From Sphingomonas sp. (GTDB lineage: Bacteria; Pseudomonadota; Alphaproteobacteria; Sphingomonadales; Sphingomonadaceae), in assembly GCA_051954515.1 (NCBI GenBank), contig JBQCHQ010000025.1:52774-116773 (forward strand): DNA of 64,000 nucleotides, read 5' to 3'. Positions 36,714-46,873 of the stretch are shown piece after piece. The position numbers were made by a program, and so were the translations under genes. Under the pieces are notes generated by a model. The model made no database searches, was not told where the DNA came from, and saw nothing but the letters and a program-made list of their open reading frames with translations. Numbering within the stretch: position 1 is the stretch's first letter; every line of letters starts with the position of its first letter.

Positions 36714-38090
36714 ATGGCCGCGCTACCGCAACCTTCACGTTATCGCCCCGAGACCGCGATCCTCGAACTGGGCGGCGCCTTTTACGATCCGGTGGCGCCG
36801 GCGCGCTTTCCTGAAACGCGTCTGCGCTTCCGCAACGATCGCGCCGCCGAAAGCATTGGGCTCGATTCGCTGAGCGACGCCGAGTGGATCGCCCATTTTG
36901 GCCGCTTCCAGCCACTGCCCGGCACGCTCAGCCAGCCGCTCGCGCTGCGTTATCACGGCCACCAGTTCCGCGTGTACAATCCCGATATCGGCGACGGCCG
37001 CGGCTTCCTGTTCGCGCAGATGAGGGACGACCGCGACCGGCTGATGGACCTCGGCACCAAGGGGTCGGGCCAGACGCCCTACAGCCGCTTCGGTGACGGG
37101 CGCCTAACGCTGAAAGGCGGCCTCCGCGAGGTGCTGGCGACCGAGATGCTCGAAGCCTTGGGTGTCGAAACCTCGCGCAGCTTCTCGCTGATAGAAACCG
37201 GCGAGGCATTGGAACGCGGCGACGAACCCTCCCCCACTCGCTCCGCGGTGCTCGTGCGCCTCAGCCATGGCCATATCCGCATCGGCACCTTCCAGCGCCT
37301 CGCCTACGAACGCGACGCGGAAAACATGGCCCGGCTGGTCGATTACGTGCTCCGCCATTTCTATCATGAGGAGGCTGGCGCGGACGCCCCCGCGCGCCTG
37401 CTCGCCCATGTCGTCCGCCGCACCGCGAAACTCGCCGCGAGCTACATGGCAGCAGGCTTCGTCCATGGCGTGCTCAATTCGGACAATATCAACGTCGCCG
37501 CCGAAAGCTTCGATTACGGCCCGTGGCGCTTCGCCCCGACCTGGAACCCGGCCTTCACCGCCGCCTATTTCGACCATGCCGGCCTCTATGCCTTCGGCCG
37601 CCAACCCGAGGCGATCCATTGGGACGCGGCACAACTCGCCGTTTCGCTGCGCCTGCTGAGCGACGCCGAGCCGCTGATCGCGGCGCTCGACGCTTTTGGC
37701 GACCACTACCAACGCGAAGTGACCGCGGCGATTCTATGGCGGCTCGGGGTACGCTCGCGAGATTCGGCAAGCGATCGCGCACTGGTCCAGGTGATCGAAA
37801 AGGCGCTGCGCGCGACCGACATGCCGGTCGACCGCTTCTTCTTCGATACGTTCGGCGGACGCTTGCCCGAGGCGCCCGCTTATGAAGCGTTCGGCGAAGT
37901 CCGTCACTTGCTCGCCGACTACGCCCCCCGCGCCTCTCGCGACCACCCCTATTGGCGGCGCACAGAACCTTGTTCGATGCTGATCGACGAGGTCGAAGCG
38001 ATCTGGGCGCCGATCGCCGAAACCGATGATTGGTCGCGCTTCCACGCCAAGATCGCGGCCGTGCGCGAGATGGGGGAAGCCTTGAAATAA
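36714..38090 (+). CDS. selO: Protein adenylyltransferase SelO/YdiU
   Basis: YHGHQF, GDGRG, KGSGQTPYSRFGDGR, GFVHGVLNSDN, DYGP. Confidence 0.92.
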   Translation: MAALPQPSRYRPETAILELGGAFYDPVAPARFPETRLRFRNDRAAESIGLDSLSDAEWIAHFGRFQPLPGTLSQPLALRYHGHQFRVYNPDIGDGRGFLFAQMRDDRDRLMDLGTKGSGQTPYSRFGDGRLTLKGGLREVLATEMLEALGVETSRSFSLIETGEALERGDEPSPTRSAVLVRLSHGHIRIGTFQRLAYERDAENMARLVDYVLRHFYHEEAGADAPARLLAHVVRRTAKLAASYMAAGFVHGVLNSDNINVAAESFDYGPWRFAPTWNPAFTAAYFDHAGLYAFGRQPEAIHWDAAQLAVSLRLLSDAEPLIAALDAFGDHYQREVTAAILWRLGVRSRDSASDRALVQVIEKALRATDMPVDRFFFDTFGGRLPEAPAYEAFGEVRHLLADYAPRASRDHPYWRRTEPCSMLIDEVEAIWAPIAETDDWSRFHAKIAAVREMGEALK

Positions 38091-38092
38091 AT

Positions 38093-38195
38093 CCGTTCGC
38101 GCTGAGCGGCGCCTAACCGCCGTTCGCTCTGAGCTTGTCGAAGGACGATTAGCGAGCGCGGGGCAAGCGTGCTTCGACAAGCTCAGGGCGAGCGG
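38093..38195. repeat. Family A element preceded by a partial extra left arm
   Basis: ccgttcgcgctgagc, then ccgttcgctctgagcttgtcgaagg ... gcttcgacaagctcagggcgagcgg. Confidence 0.82.
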
Positions 38196-38267
38196 GGTGG
38201 GAACAAGACCGGGTGTGGAAAACGGCCACGAGTTCGGGCAAGAGCCTTTCCGGGAAGAAGGAGCCGT

Positions 38268-39683
38268 ATGAGCGTAACCGAAATCGTCTCGACCGAGCCC
38301 GCCACCGGCGCGGTGCTGTGGCGCGGCGCGATCAGCGATGTCGATGCCGAGGTGGCCCGTGCACGCGACAGCTGGGCGGCCTGGGCGGCGCAGCCGCTCG
38401 CCAATCGCACCGAGGCGCTGCGGCGCTTCGCCAACGTCGTGCGCAGCCGCCACGAGCAGTTCGCCGACACGATCGCGCGCGAAACCGGCAAGCCGTTGTG
38501 GGAAGCGCGCACCGAGGTCGATACGGTGATCGCCAAGGTCGATATCTCGATCAAGGCCTATGCCGAGCGCACCCCGCAACGTCGTCTCGAAGGACAGGCC
38601 GGCGTGCGCATGGCGCTGCGTCACAAGCCGCACGGCGTGCTCGCGGTGCTCGGTCCCTATAATTTCCCCGCGCATTTGCCCAACGGCCACATCATCCCCG
38701 CGCTGCTCGCCGGCAACGCGGTACTGTTCAAGCCTTCCGAAAAGACTCCGGCCTCGGGGGCGTTCCTGGTCGAGTGCTTCCACGCCGCGGGCATCCCCAC
38801 AGGCTGCGTCCGCCTCGTCATCGGCGGGCCGCTCGAAGGCAAGGCGCTGGCCGGGCATGACGGTATCGATGGCCTCCTCTTCACGGGCTCGGCGCGCACC
38901 GGCATCGCGCTCAATCGTCAATTTGCCGAACGGCCCGAAAAGATCCTCGCGCTCGAAATGGGCGGCAACAACCCGATCGTCGCCTGGGAGACACCCGATC
39001 TGCACTCGACCGCGGTGCTGATCGTGCAATCGGCCTTCACCACCGCCGGCCAGCGCTGCACAGCCGCGCGCCGCCTGATCGTCGATGATAAGAGCTGCCA
39101 GCCGCTGCTCGACGAGCTGGTCAAGCTCACCGGCCGCATCATCGTCGGCGAGCCGCATGCCGATCCCGCCCCGTTCATGGGCTGCGTGATCGACAACGAG
39201 GCTGCCGACCAGCTCACCGAAAGCTTCGTCACCTTGATGTCGCACGGCGGCCGGCCGCTTCGCCACATGGAGCGGCCGGTCGACGATCGCCCGTTCCTCA
39301 CCCCCGGTTTGATCGACGTCACCGATGTCGCCGACCGCCCCGATATCGAGCTGTTCGGTCCGGTCCTCCAGATCATCCGCGTTCCCGATTTCGAGGCCGC
39401 CATCGCCGAGGCGAACAATACCCGCTACGGCCTGTCGGCATCGCTGCTCAGCCAGAATCCCAAGCTCTACGACCAGTTCTGGGCCAATGCCCGCGCCGGC
39501 ATCGTCAACTGGAACCGCCCGACCAACGGTGCCTCCTCCGCCGCGCCGTTCGGCGGCATTGGCTGGTCGGGCAACCACCGCCCGAGCGCCTATTACGCCG
39601 CAGATTACTGCGCCTATCCCGTCGTTTCGAGCGAAGCCGACCAGACCAGAGCGAGCATCGGCATCGGCCTGCGCGAGGGATAG
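38268..39683 (+). CDS. astD: Succinylglutamate-semialdehyde dehydrogenase
   Basis: GPYNFPAHLPNGH, LEMGGNN, AGQRCT, ELFGP, SGNHRPSAYYAADYCAYP. Confidence 0.93.
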   Translation: MSVTEIVSTEPATGAVLWRGAISDVDAEVARARDSWAAWAAQPLANRTEALRRFANVVRSRHEQFADTIARETGKPLWEARTEVDTVIAKVDISIKAYAERTPQRRLEGQAGVRMALRHKPHGVLAVLGPYNFPAHLPNGHIIPALLAGNAVLFKPSEKTPASGAFLVECFHAAGIPTGCVRLVIGGPLEGKALAGHDGIDGLLFTGSARTGIALNRQFAERPEKILALEMGGNNPIVAWETPDLHSTAVLIVQSAFTTAGQRCTAARRLIVDDKSCQPLLDELVKLTGRIIVGEPHADPAPFMGCVIDNEAADQLTESFVTLMSHGGRPLRHMERPVDDRPFLTPGLIDVTDVADRPDIELFGPVLQIIRVPDFEAAIAEANNTRYGLSASLLSQNPKLYDQFWANARAGIVNWNRPTNGASSAAPFGGIGWSGNHRPSAYYAADYCAYPVVSSEADQTRASIGIGLREG

Positions 39684-39758
39684 GCGCTTCTTTCCTGCCT
39701 TCGCGGCGGTGGGGAGCAATCCATCCCAGCATCACCACTTCCCGTCAGAAGCGAATTG

Positions 39759-39775
39759 CCTACCTCATTAGTAGG
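39759..39775. promoter_or_regulatory. Palindromic operator CCTAC-N7-GTAGG
   Basis: cctac-ctcatta-gtagg in an AT-richer patch, 34 nt before the hydrolase ATG. Confidence 0.45.
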
Positions 39776-39809
39776 GATTAGCTTGGCCGCATCGAGTCGG
39801 GAGAAGGCC

Positions 39810-40478
39810 ATGCACCATCCGCTCAATATCCGCCCTTATCGCGTGCCGGTGGTCCTCACCGTGCCAGGCCTCGACAATTCCGGGCCCGGCCATTGGCAAA
39901 CGATCTGGGAGCAGCAGCGCCACGATACGCACCGCGTCGATCTCGGCATGTGGAGCCGGCCGCACCGAAACTCCTGGGTGACGAGGCTCGGCCACGCGAT
40001 TCGCACCGCGCAGACGCCGATCGTGCTCTGCGCGCACAGCCTTGGATGCCTCGCGATCGCGTGGTGGACGATCCTCGAAGGGCAGGCGTTCGGTCACCCG
40101 ATCGCCGGCGCCTTGTTCGTGGCGCCGCCCGATTGCGACCATCTCGACGCAGCGGATCGGCTGGCCGGCTTCGGCCCCACGCCGAGGAAGAGCCTGCCTT
40201 TCCCGTCGCTGCTCGTCGCCAGCCGCAACGATCCCTATGCGTCATACGAATGGTCCGAATCGCTTGCCCGCGATTGGGGCAGCGAGTTCGTCGATGCGGG
40301 CGCCCTCGGCCATATCAATGCCGCCTCCGGCATCGGCGACTGGCCCGATGGGCAGGCGCTGCTCGAACGGCTCGTGGCAACGGCGGCCGAGCGCGCGCAT
40401 GATCCGGCACCGCTCGAGACGCGCCGATCGATCGTCGATCGGCCCGACGCCCGCCTAAGGCCGACTCTTTTGAGATAA
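39810..40478 (+). CDS. RBBP9/YdeN family alpha/beta hydrolase
   Basis: VPGLDNSGPGHWQ, AHSLG, SRNDPY, GHIN. Confidence 0.9.
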   Translation: MHHPLNIRPYRVPVVLTVPGLDNSGPGHWQTIWEQQRHDTHRVDLGMWSRPHRNSWVTRLGHAIRTAQTPIVLCAHSLGCLAIAWWTILEGQAFGHPIAGALFVAPPDCDHLDAADRLAGFGPTPRKSLPFPSLLVASRNDPYASYEWSESLARDWGSEFVDAGALGHINAASGIGDWPDGQALLERLVATAAERAHDPAPLETRRSIVDRPDARLRPTLLR

Positions 40479-40654
40479 GCTAGCTCGTCGACGCAAGACC
40501 GAACGTCGCGCCTCGTATCTGCACGACAGCGATAGCGCCGCACCGTTGCTACCGAAACGATCGCGCTTCTCGCCCGCTGGGACAAAGTTTCGCTTCCCGT
40601 CCCCCAAGCAACCGTCCTTTGCCTCGCCGCCGCGCCACGGCCAAATCGGCGATC

Positions 40655-41515
40655 ATGGCAACGCTTCTCGATCCCACCGCGCGCGGGCGCGTCATCCTGG
40701 TCGGCGCCGGCCCCGGCGATCCGGGCCTGCTCACCGTGCGCGCGGCCGAGGCGCTCAAGTCGGCCGATGTCGTCGTCCATGACGGTTTGGTCGATCCGCG
40801 CGTGCTCGATCTCGCGCCTGCTGCGGCGCTGCGCATTTCGGTCGCGAAGTCGCGCGCCCGGCACACCGTGCCGCAAGAGGGGATCAATGCGCTCATCGTC
40901 GCGCATGTGAAGACCGGCGCGATCGTCGTGCGGCTGAAGGGCGGCGACCCCTTCATCTTTGGCCGCGGCGGCGAGGAGGTCGAGGCGGTGCGTGCTGCCG
41001 GGCTTCCCGTCGAGGTGATTCCCGGCGTCTCGGCGGCGCTCGGCTGCGCGGCTGAGGCGATGCTGCCCCTCACCCACCGCGATCATTCGAGCGCGGTCAG
41101 CTTCGTCGCGGGTCAGTGCAAGGGGCTGACCGATCAGGATTGGTCCGGCCTCGCCGGCCAGGGCCGCACGCTCGTCATCTACATGGGCGTCGCCACTGCG
41201 GGCGACATTGCCGACAAGCTGATCGCCGATGGCGTCGCGCCGGACATGCCCGTCGCGGTGCTCGAAAAGGGCACATGTGAAGGTCACCGCGCGCTCAAGA
41301 CCTTGCTCACCGATCTCGGCGCGATGGTCGAGCGCGAGAAAGTCCAGAGCCCGGCGATCATCGTCGTCGGCGAGGTGGTCGAGTTGTCCGACGCCGAGGA
41401 CAAGCTCGCCCGCTGGGCGCGCGCGTCGGACGCACAGTTCTCCGTTCGCCCTGAGCTTGTCGAAGGGCGAGGGGCGGGCTTCGACAGGTTCAGCCCGAAG
41501 GGGGCGGAAGGATGA
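40655..41515 (+). CDS. cobA: Uroporphyrinogen-III C-methyltransferase
   Basis: LVGAGPGDP, RLKGGDPFIFGRGGEE, PGVS; repeat-derived C-terminal tail. Confidence 0.94.
   Translation: MATLLDPTARGRVILVGAGPGDPGLLTVRAAEALKSADVVVHDGLVDPRVLDLAPAAALRISVAKSRARHTVPQEGINALIVAHVKTGAIVVRLKGGDPFIFGRGGEEVEAVRAAGLPVEVIPGVSAALGCAAEAMLPLTHRDHSSAVSFVAGQCKGLTDQDWSGLAGQGRTLVIYMGVATAGDIADKLIADGVAPDMPVAVLEKGTCEGHRALKTLLTDLGAMVEREKVQSPAIIVVGEVVELSDAEDKLARWARASDAQFSVRPELVEGRGAGFDRFSPKGAEG
41442..41501. repeat. Family A element, in frame within the cobA 3' end
   Basis: ccgttcgccctgagcttgtcgaagggc...gcttcgacaggttcagcccgaagg, read as VRPELVEGRGAGFDRFSPKG. Confidence 0.85.
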
Positions 41516-41808
41516 AGCTGCTCACCGGCAACAACCTGCGCACCGGCGCGGTGATCTGGTGGACCGGGCGCGACTGGTCGCTCCACGTCGAGGATGCCGC
41601 CGATGTCGGCGAGCACGGCGAGGCGATTGCCCATGCCGAAGAAGGCGCCCGCCGCGTCAACGGCCCCGCGCTGATCGACGCCGAGATGACGCCCGACGGC
41701 CCGCGCCCCGCGCACATCAAGGACCGCATCCGTGCGCTCGGCCCCACGGTGCGTCCCGATCTGACGCTCAAGCCGGCCGATCCGGATGCCGGGAGCTGGG
41801 TGATATGA
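41512..41808 (+). CDS. DUF2849 family protein
   Basis: MKLLTGNNLRTGAVIWW, KDRIRALGPTV; usual position before cysI. Confidence 0.87.
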   Translation: MKLLTGNNLRTGAVIWWTGRDWSLHVEDAADVGEHGEAIAHAEEGARRVNGPALIDAEMTPDGPRPAHIKDRIRALGPTVRPDLTLKPADPDAGSWVI

Positions 41809-41815
41809 GCTTTAC

Positions 41816-42036
41816 TCACGCGAAGGCGCGAAGGCGCGAAGATATTGTTCGCGCAGAGGCGCAGAGAACGCAGAGGGGTTGCTCCCGCCGCGAAGCGGCA
41901 GGAATCCTTCCTAGCAATTTAAAGATGCCGTTGACGCGGCGAACGACAGATCCAGCGCAGCGAACGCCCTCTGCGCTCTCTGCGCCTCTGCGCGAACCTC
42001 TTCTTTCCTTCTTCGCGCCTTCGCGCCTTCGCGTGA
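41816..42036. mobile_element. Nested double inverted-repeat element (MITE-like), family E
   Basis: Perfect 27-bp outer IR (41816-41842/42010-42036) and 29/30 inner IR (41847-41876/41968-41997). Confidence 0.75.
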
Positions 42037-42054
42037 AGTCCCAAAGGCTCTGAC

Positions 42055-43692
42055 ATGCTGTACCGTTACGACCAATACGATCAGGCGATCGTCGATGCCC
42101 GCGTCGAGGAATTCCGCGATCAGGTGCGCCGTCGCATCGCCGGCGAGATGACCGAGGACCAGTTCAAGCCGCTGCGTCTCAAGAACGGCCTCTATCTCCA
42201 GCTCCACGCCTATATGCTGCGCATCGCCATCCCCTATGGCACGCTGACCTCGGCGCAGCTGCGCAAACTCGCTTATGTCGCGCGGACTTATGACCGCGGC
42301 TACGGCCATTTCACCACGCGGCAGAACATCCAGTATCACTGGATCAAGCTCGAGCAGGTGCCCGACATTCTCGCCGATCTGGCGACGGTGCAGCTCCACG
42401 GCATCCAGACGAGCGGCGAAAGCATCCGCAACATCTCGGCCGACCAATATGCCGGCGCCACCGCCGACGAGATCGCCGACCCGCGCCCCTGGGCCGAGCT
42501 GCTGCGGCAGGTGACGACCTTCCACCCCGAATTCAGCTACCTGCCGCGCAAGTTCAAGTTCGCGCTGACCGCTGCGCCGGGCGATCGCGCCGCCATCCGC
42601 TGGCACGACGTGGGCTTGCGGCTGGTGCGCAACGAGGCGGGCGAGGACGGCTTCGAGGTCTATGCCGGCGGCGGCATGGGGCGCACGCCGTTCGTCGCCG
42701 CGCTGATCCGGCCATTCTGCCCAGCCGACCGCCTGTTCAGCTATGTCCAGGCGATCCTGCGCGTTTGGAACCGCCACGCCCGGCGCGACAACATCCACAA
42801 GCAGCGCATGAAAATCCTGGTCCACGACCTCGGCGTCGAGGAGTTCACCCGACAGGTCGAGGAGGAATATGCGCATATCGCGACGCTCGGCACCGACCCG
42901 CCGCGCGCCGAGTTCGACCGCATCGCCGCCTATTTCGCGCCGCCGCCGTTCGAGACTGGATTGTCAGAGGAGGTCGACCGCGCGGACCCGGACTTCGCTT
43001 TGTGGGTCGATCGCCAGGTCGCGCCGCACAAGGCTCCCGGCTATGCGATCGCCAACATCAGCCTGAAGCCGATCGGCGGCATCGGCGGCGATATCTCGGC
43101 CGAGCAGATGGATTTAGTCGCCGATCTCGCCGAACGCTACAGCTTCGACGAGCTGCGCGTCACGCACGCGCAGAATCTCGTCTTGCCCCACGTCCGCAAG
43201 GCGGACCTCTACGCGGTCTGGCAGGCGCTTGACGCCGCGGGGCTGGCCGACGTCAACCTCGACCTCGTCACCGACATCATCGCCTGTCCGGGGCTCGATT
43301 ATTGCAGCCTCGCCAATGCGCGGTCGATCCCGGTCGCGCAGAAGATCGCCGAACGTTTCGCCGATCTCGACCGGCAGCAGGATCTGGGCGAGCTCAAGAT
43401 CAAGATCTCGGGCTGCATCAACGCCTGCGGCCATCATCACGCCGGGCACATCGGCATCCTCGGCGTCGATCGGAAGGGCGTCGAGAACTACCAGCTCCTG
43501 CTCGGCGGCTCGGGCGCGGAGGACACCACTACCGCCAAGATCACCGGCCCCGGCTTCGACGAGGACGGGGTGGTCGACGCGGTGGAAAAGGCGATCGAGA
43601 CCTATCGCACGCTGCGCGACCCCGGCGAGCGCTTTCTCGACACCTACCGCCGCGTCGGCATGGAGCCGTTCAAGGAGGCGATCTATGGGTAA
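42055..43692 (+). CDS. cysI: Sulfite reductase hemoprotein (nitrite/sulfite reductase)
   Basis: HFTTRQNIQ, LPRKFK, ACPGLDYC, SGCINACG. Confidence 0.92.
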   Translation: MLYRYDQYDQAIVDARVEEFRDQVRRRIAGEMTEDQFKPLRLKNGLYLQLHAYMLRIAIPYGTLTSAQLRKLAYVARTYDRGYGHFTTRQNIQYHWIKLEQVPDILADLATVQLHGIQTSGESIRNISADQYAGATADEIADPRPWAELLRQVTTFHPEFSYLPRKFKFALTAAPGDRAAIRWHDVGLRLVRNEAGEDGFEVYAGGGMGRTPFVAALIRPFCPADRLFSYVQAILRVWNRHARRDNIHKQRMKILVHDLGVEEFTRQVEEEYAHIATLGTDPPRAEFDRIAAYFAPPPFETGLSEEVDRADPDFALWVDRQVAPHKAPGYAIANISLKPIGGIGGDISAEQMDLVADLAERYSFDELRVTHAQNLVLPHVRKADLYAVWQALDAAGLADVNLDLVTDIIACPGLDYCSLANARSIPVAQKIAERFADLDRQQDLGELKIKISGCINACGHHHAGHIGILGVDRKGVENYQLLLGGSGAEDTTTAKITGPGFDEDGVVDAVEKAIETYRTLRDPGERFLDTYRRVGMEPFKEAIYG

Positions 43693-43780
43693 CTCCGTCA
43701 CCCCAGCGAAGGCTGGGGTCTCTTCTTTGCCCGGGCGCGCGCTCCACCCGGAGATGCCAGCCTTCGCTGGCATGACGGAG
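43693..43780. repeat. CGTC-tagged REP doublet, family C
   Basis: ctccgtcaccccagcgaaggctggggtctc ... gagatgccagccttcgctggcatgacggag. Confidence 0.85.
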
Positions 43781-43787
43781 AAGCGGC

Positions 43788-44225
43788 GTGGCTGAGCCGC
43801 TCCGCTACCGCACCGACGCGCCGGCCGACGAGCCCGCGGTGACGCTCGATTCGTTCGTCGATCAGGACGACGCCGCCTCAGTCCGCATCGAGGCGGGCGA
43901 CGACGTGCGCCTGCTCCTGCCCCTGCTCGACCGCGTGAAGCTGGTCGAGATCGACTTCCCTCGTTTCCGCGACGGACGCGGCTATTCGTCGGCGCGAATC
44001 CTGCGCGAGGCGGGCTATACCGGCGAGATCAAGGCGACCGGCGACGTCCTCGTCGACGAGCTGCTGTTCATGCGCCGCTGCGGCTTCGACAGCTTCGCGC
44101 CCGACGCGCCGATCGCACCCGAGGCGGCCGAGCGCGCGCTCAATGCCTATCCCTTCGTTTACCAGCATGCCGCCGACGACGCGGTGCCGGTGTGGAAGCT
44201 GCGCCATGGCCAGCCGCGCGCGTGA
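43788..44225 (+). CDS. DUF934 family protein
   Basis: FPRFRDGRGYS.ARILR, GDVLVD, RCGFD. Confidence 0.9.
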   Translation: MAEPLRYRTDAPADEPAVTLDSFVDQDDAASVRIEAGDDVRLLLPLLDRVKLVEIDFPRFRDGRGYSSARILREAGYTGEIKATGDVLVDELLFMRRCGFDSFAPDAPIAPEAAERALNAYPFVYQHAADDAVPVWKLRHGQPRA

Positions 44226-44967
44226 CGTGATCGACACCGGGCCGCGGTTCACGCAGGCCGACGCGATCCGGCTCAACAACTTGTTCCGCGGCAACGACGC
44301 GGCGGAGATGCTGGCGGCGGTGATCAGCGACAGGCTGGTCGGCGAGGCGGCGATCGTTTCGTCGTTCGGCGCCGAATCGGCGGTGCTGCTCCACCTCGTG
44401 GCGCAAGTTGCGCCCGATATGCCAGTGCTGTTCCTCGACACGGGCAAGCATTTCCCGGAAACGCTCGCCTATCGCGACCTGCTCGCCGAGCGGCTGAACC
44501 TCAACCTCGTCAACCTCACGCCCGATCCGGTGGAACTCGCCGCGCGCGACGAAACGGGCCTCCGCTGGTCCTACGATCCCGACGGCTGCTGCGAATTGCG
44601 CAAGGTCAAGCCGCTGGCGCGCGCGGTGGCGGGGCTCGACGCCACCTTCACCGGCCGCAAGGGCTTCCAGTCGGCGACGCGCACCGGCCTGCCCCGCTTC
44701 GAGATCGACACCACCGACGCCGAGGGCCGCCTCAAGGTCAATCCGCTGGCCAATTGGGCCAAACCCGAGCTCGACGCCTATTTCGAGCGTCACGCCCTCC
44801 CCCGCCACCCGATCGAGGCCGACGGCTATCCTTCGATCGGCTGCGCGCCCTGCACGAGCAAGGTACTCCCCGGCGAAGACCCCCGCGCCGGGAGATGGCG
44901 CGGCTGGGACAAGGTCGAATGCGGGATTCACCTGCCGGAGAAGCCGGGCGAGGAGCCGGCGTTTTGA
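44206..44967 (+). CDS. cysH: APS/PAPS reductase
   Basis: SSFGAES, LDTG, CC..RKV.PL, GYPSIGCAPCT, ECGIH. Confidence 0.94.
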   Translation: MASRARDVIDTGPRFTQADAIRLNNLFRGNDAAEMLAAVISDRLVGEAAIVSSFGAESAVLLHLVAQVAPDMPVLFLDTGKHFPETLAYRDLLAERLNLNLVNLTPDPVELAARDETGLRWSYDPDGCCELRKVKPLARAVAGLDATFTGRKGFQSATRTGLPRFEIDTTDAEGRLKVNPLANWAKPELDAYFERHALPRHPIEADGYPSIGCAPCTSKVLPGEDPRAGRWRGWDKVECGIHLPEKPGEEPAF

Positions 44968-44978
44968 GCACCTTCTGA

Positions 44979-45155
44979 TCCTCTCCCTTGACGGGAGAGG
45001 ATAGCGGAGCTTGCCGGCTCTGCCGGCTAGCGCAGCTTGGTGAGGGTGAGCGGCGCAAAGCGCCGCGCGAGCCTGTGGCTCGCACCCCCTCACCCAACTC
45101 CGACTAGGCGGCAAGCCGCCAAGTCTCCGTATCCCTCTCCCGCAAGGGGAGAGGG
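44979..45155. repeat. Composite palindromic element, family D (CCTCTCCC..GGGAGAGG termini), between convergent genes
   Basis: cctctcccttgacgggagagg ... ccctctcccgcaaggggagaggg with internal hairpins. Confidence 0.78.
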
Positions 45156-45159
45156 AAAG

Positions 45160-46659
<1,500 letters not shown>

Positions 46660-46742
46660 CGCTTGCTTCTAAACCGATGCGGCGGCCGCTCAAGTACGCA
46701 GGCGCGTCGACGGCTGTGGAAAACGCGCATTACACACACATC

Positions 46743-46830
46743 CGCCACCCCGGACTCGTTCCGGGGTTTAACGAGCAACGAGCGCCGACGCCTGCGGATG
46801 GTTGGATGCCGGAACAAGTCCGGCATGACG
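46743..46830. repeat. CGTC-type REP doublet, family B
   Basis: cgccaccccggactcgttccgggg ... ggatgccggaacaagtccggcatgacg. Confidence 0.83.
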
Positions 46831-46873
46831 ACGAGCAATTGATTCTGCCCGCCTGCTCGCCGATAGCCTGCAA

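Noticed and set aside
40479-40654. Possible SAM or cobalamin riboswitch before cobA
   Set aside because: Only a small GGGAC/GTCCC hairpin; no recognisable SAM-II, SAM-SAH or B12-box consensus.
41816-42036. Short tandem units resembling a CRISPR array
   Set aside because: The units are 7-9 nt and arranged as inverted arms; there is no repeat-spacer periodicity and no cas gene.
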